NCBI GenBank assembly: GCA_030603385.1
Contig: JAUVXW010000022.1
Location: 1 to 64,000 of the forward strand
DNA: 64,000 bases
Direction: 5' to 3'
Origin: Promethearchaeota archaeon
Lineage (GTDB): Archaea > Asgardarchaeota > Lokiarchaeia > Sigyniarchaeales > SOKP01
This document shows, one piece after another, positions 61,055-64,000 of the stretch. The position numbers and the translations under genes are program-made. A model generated the notes under the pieces. It worked only from the letters and a program-made list of their open reading frames with translations, did no database searches and was not told the origin of the DNA. Every line of letters starts with the position of its first letter. The stretch's first letter is position 1.

Positions 61055-61645
61055 TTAATCCTGATTTAGAATCATTTCTATGAATTTCCTAAACATTTTT
61101 TTTTCTACATTTTCTCTTGTTTGAAGAGAGATCTCCATCGATTCTGAAATATTATTCTCTTCTTTAAATTTCTTTACTTGATCGTTAGATACTTCTCGAT
61201 ATTCTTCCAAGTCTAATTTATTTCCTACTAATAAGAGGGGAAAATCATATTTTTCCCTAGCTTTTTTTACATCCTGAAGAACTATAGATAAGAAATCCAA
61301 ACTTTTTGAATTAGTAATATCATACAATAGGATAACTCCATTGGAACCATTAATAAAAAAGTGATATAAAAAAGTGATATTTCTCTCTTGCATCATCTTT
61401 ATCAGACCATATCCATAATCCTCTTTATCAGAAAATATCCATAATTGTAGTTTTGCCTTCTTTCCTTTAATTTCTATATTTTTTGAAAAGAAATCAACAC
61501 CAATAGTACTTCCATAATTCAAATCAGAGCCCACTTTTTCTAAAAATCTTGCTAAGGTTTTTTTTCCTACATCTTTATCTGCAAACAAACAAACCTTAAA
61601 TAAATAATCATATTCTTCAGCCATATTTTTTTCTACCTCTTTCAA
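61055..61645 (-). CDS. Rab-like small GTPase with degenerate G1/G3 motifs
   Basis: YDYLFKVCL, STIGVDF, KLQLW, ILLYDIT, LVGNKLDL, EIS; G1 ADKDVGKK, G3 WIFSD. Likely start ATG 61624. Confidence 0.8.
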   Translation of the reverse strand: MKEVEKNMAEEYDYLFKVCLFADKDVGKKTLARFLEKVGSDLNYGSTIGVDFFSKNIEIKGKKAKLQLWIFSDKEDYGYGLIKMMQERNITFLYHFFINGSNGVILLYDITNSKSLDFLSIVLQDVKKAREKYDFPLLLVGNKLDLEEYREVSNDQVKKFKEENNISESMEISLQTRENVEKKMFRKFIEMILNQD

Positions 61646-61658
61646 TCATTCTAATATT

Positions 61659-62201
61659 TTAACAAAAATTCTGGTATTTAATTTTAAATATATTTTTTAA
61701 TATCTCAGCTAATTCTTTATTCGCATCTCCACAGGACTTAAGAATTATTTTCGATTGTTTTAGATACGAGATTTGTTTTTCTTTATCCCAAACATCCATA
61801 TCTAATAGATTGTCTATTCTATCAGCAATTTTAATAATTCTTGCCTCTCTTGAAAAATATTTGAAATTTTCTAACCATTCCTCTTTTTCAATTTCTTCAG
61901 GTTGAGTAAGTTCGTTTACAATTACAGCAACTTTACTTCCAAATAATCTTTCAATTTCTTCTAATCTTGTATCAGTTTCCTTAAGAACATCATGTAATAA
62001 AGCAGAAATCATTAGTTCTTTATGTTCATATTCATTGTATCCAAAAGCTCGTAAAATTGATTTAATTCGAATAGGGTGAGCAACATAAGGAACTAGTTTT
62101 CCATCTCGTTTTAGATTATCATATTTTATAAAAGCATACGAATTCGCATCCCAATAATTTGATAACTCTTGTATTTTATTCACTTCCTTTTTCAATCTCA
62201 T
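61659..62201 (-). CDS. HD-domain protein, Mesh1/small alarmone hydrolase-like
   Basis: PYVAHP, ALLHDV, FGSKVA.IV.ELT, IKIADRIDNL. Confidence 0.8.
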   Translation of the reverse strand: MRLKKEVNKIQELSNYWDANSYAFIKYDNLKRDGKLVPYVAHPIRIKSILRAFGYNEYEHKELMISALLHDVLKETDTRLEEIERLFGSKVAVIVNELTQPEEIEKEEWLENFKYFSREARIIKIADRIDNLLDMDVWDKEKQISYLKQSKIILKSCGDANKELAEILKNIFKIKYQNFC

Positions 62202-62511
62202 TTTTAAGATTTTCTATAGAAAAGTAATCTCCTTTATACTCTTTTAAAATTCTGTTTTCATAAAGAAAGCTAATTAATTCTAAAATTTTAACAAGATCTC
62301 CTCGAACTTCTTTTTCATATTGTTCATACTGGCCATGAGAAATAGGTTGCATTATTCCGTTGATAATTTCATTAATTTTAACGATAGATTTTGGTAGGAA
62401 AATCAATCTTTTAATTACTGAATCATAAGTTTCTCTATCAATAATTTTTAACTCTTTAAGCTCTATTAGAGTATTTTTATGTATTTGAATCGTAGTTATT
62501 TTTTTTGACAT
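62176..62511 (-). CDS. ribbon-helix-helix-like DNA-binding protein
   Basis: TTIQI..T..ELKELK...ETYDSVIKRL, the common archaeal RHH/antitoxin-like N-terminus. Confidence 0.65.
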   Translation of the reverse strand: MSKKITTIQIHKNTLIELKELKIIDRETYDSVIKRLIFLPKSIVKINEIINGIMQPISHGQYEQYEKEVRGDLVKILELISFLYENRILKEYKGDYFSIENLKNEIEKGSE

Positions 62512-62676
62512 GATATAGATATCTATAGAATGCTATAGTATTTAAATTTATTTATCTCAAATAAATATAAAAAAAGGTCATCTTTAGAAAAATCGTTTAC
62601 AATTTAGCTTTTTTCACTAGTTTTTGGGCATTTTTACCAAAACATTTAAATAGTTGATTAGAATTTATTTTAAATA

Positions 62677-62826
62677 ATGATGTCTTTAGAAATGGATTCT
62701 GAAAGGAATTTTGCTAAGGAATTTTTAGCAGCAAAAGAGAAACTTGATAAAATTGGTTTTGAAGTAGTTGGTACTAAAGACATTAAGGGCCTTATTTATT
62801 TTGTTGTGAAAGAAAAGAAATCTTAG
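62677..62826 (+). CDS. small hypothetical protein (49 aa)
   Basis: MMSLEMDSERNFAKEFLAAKEKLDKIGFEVVGTKDIKGLIYFVVKEKKS*; TTTAAATA box ~30 nt upstream. Confidence 0.5.
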   Translation: MMSLEMDSERNFAKEFLAAKEKLDKIGFEVVGTKDIKGLIYFVVKEKKS

Positions 62827-62929
62827 TTATATATACTAAGAAAAAATAGAAAATCTAATTTAGAGATCCAAAGAATTTAAATGTATTAATATTTATTTAA
62901 CATAAGAAAGATAGAATTTGTGATTTTAT

Positions 62930-63118
62930 ATGAGCAAAGAAATTGAAGATGATTATTTAGAATTAATAAAATTAGGTGAAAAAGCAGGAATTTCTGAATT
63001 AATGGAAGTATATGGTCAATCTGAAGAAAATATGAAAATCACTGAAGAATATTTAAAAGAATATGATGGAAAGTTTTTTTTAACAACAACTAATTCTACT
63101 AAACAACCTCTATGGTAA
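62930..63118 (+). CDS. small acidic protein preceding SDH protease
   Basis: 62 aa, ends 3 nt before next ATG. Confidence 0.6.
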   Translation: MSKEIEDDYLELIKLGEKAGISELMEVYGQSEENMKITEEYLKEYDGKFFLTTTNSTKQPLW

Positions 63119-63121
63119 ATT

Positions 63122-64000
63122 ATGCCTAATTGGGCCGAAATTTTAAATGAAATTCATAAATTAGTTGAGAACTTAAAAAAATCCCAGCCACCTTCAAAAA
63201 AAAGCCCTTTTGATATAATAAGAAGAAAATATTTAAAACTAGTAAATAAAAAGACTGGAAGAAATACTATTTTATATGCTTCTAATTGGACGCAACCTGG
63301 AGATATACCTTCTAATTTGTTAATGGTAAATGATAAAGATGTGCAGGGCTTTATGACGGTAATTCATGGTTTACAAGGCGAAGAGCTTGATATAATTTTG
63401 CATACTCCTGGAGGTTCGCCGACAGCAGCAGAAGCTCTAGTTACATATTTAAGATCTAAATTTAATAATATTCGTGTTATTATTCCTTATGCTGCAATGT
63501 CAGCAGGCACTATGTTGGCTTGTAGTGCCGATGAGATAATTATGGGAAAAAACTCATTTATAGGTCCAACCGATCCACAAGTGATCTATCGTACTCCAGA
63601 TAGAATAGGCACTTCCCCCGCACATGCTATTTTAGATCAATTTGAAAAAGCAAAAGAAGAATGTATAGAAGAACCTAGAAATATTGGTGTTTGGATGCCA
63701 ATTGTTAGAAGTTATGGCCCCTCTCTTCTTGTGGAATGTGAAAATTCTATTAGACTCTCAAATGAATTAGTTGAGAATTGGTTAAAAAAATACATGTTTA
63801 AGGATGATAATGAGAGCGATGAAAAAGCAAGAGAAATATCTCGATATCTTTCAGATCATAAAAATTTTTTAAGTCACGATCGTCATATTGGAATTGAAGA
63901 AGCAAAGAGTCTAGGATTAAAAATATCTAATTTAGAAGATGATCAAACATTTCAAGATTTAATATTATCTGTTTTTCATGCTACAACACATACATTTGGA
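63122..64000 (+). CDS. SDH/S49 ClpP-like serine protease (partial, runs off window)
   Basis: MPNWAEILNEI..LDIILHTPGG..AMSAGTMLAC..IGPTDPQ..SHDRHI. Confidence 0.88.
   Translation, partial: MPNWAEILNEIHKLVENLKKSQPPSKKSPFDIIRRKYLKLVNKKTGRNTILYASNWTQPGDIPSNLLMVNDKDVQGFMTVIHGLQGEELDIILHTPGGSPTAAEALVTYLRSKFNNIRVIIPYAAMSAGTMLACSADEIIMGKNSFIGPTDPQVIYRTPDRIGTSPAHAILDQFEKAKEECIEEPRNIGVWMPIVRSYGPSLLVECENSIRLSNELVENWLKKYMFKDDNESDEKAREISRYLSDHKNFLSHDRHIGIEEAKSLGLKISNLEDDQTFQDLILSVFHATTHTFG

Overview
AT-rich archaeal chromosomal window, most consistent with an Asgard archaeon (Lokiarchaeia-like). This is an inference from the Rab-like GTPase, roadblock- and longin-like proteins, a stand-alone RING finger, a Bud23-like methyltransferase, archaeal-type S10 and SRP RNA, and GGTGA-type ribosome-binding sites. 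The left half is a nitrogen/glutamate cluster (carAB, glnA, Lrp regulator, FMN-dependent glutamate synthase-like protein, guaA, NfnAB/SudBA, two glutamate dehydrogenases) plus a heterodimeric ABC exporter. The right half mixes housekeeping genes, eukaryotic-signature-like proteins, several 5'-truncated paralogue stumps, a double HTH-HNH gene and an accessory-looking end. The most striking unannotated signal is at 35.2-35.8 kb. Two tandem ~366-bp cassettes each hold a small ORF with an in-frame TGA at codon 21, followed 86-87 nt later by a covarying three-way-junction RNA. This is a candidate new selenopeptide/UGA-recoding system with a non-canonical SECIS-like element. Several genes, including rpsJ, appear to start at ATA/ATT/ATC codons. 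No CRISPR array, tRNA, rRNA or transposase was recognised. All family assignments come from motif recognition by eye; no searches were run.
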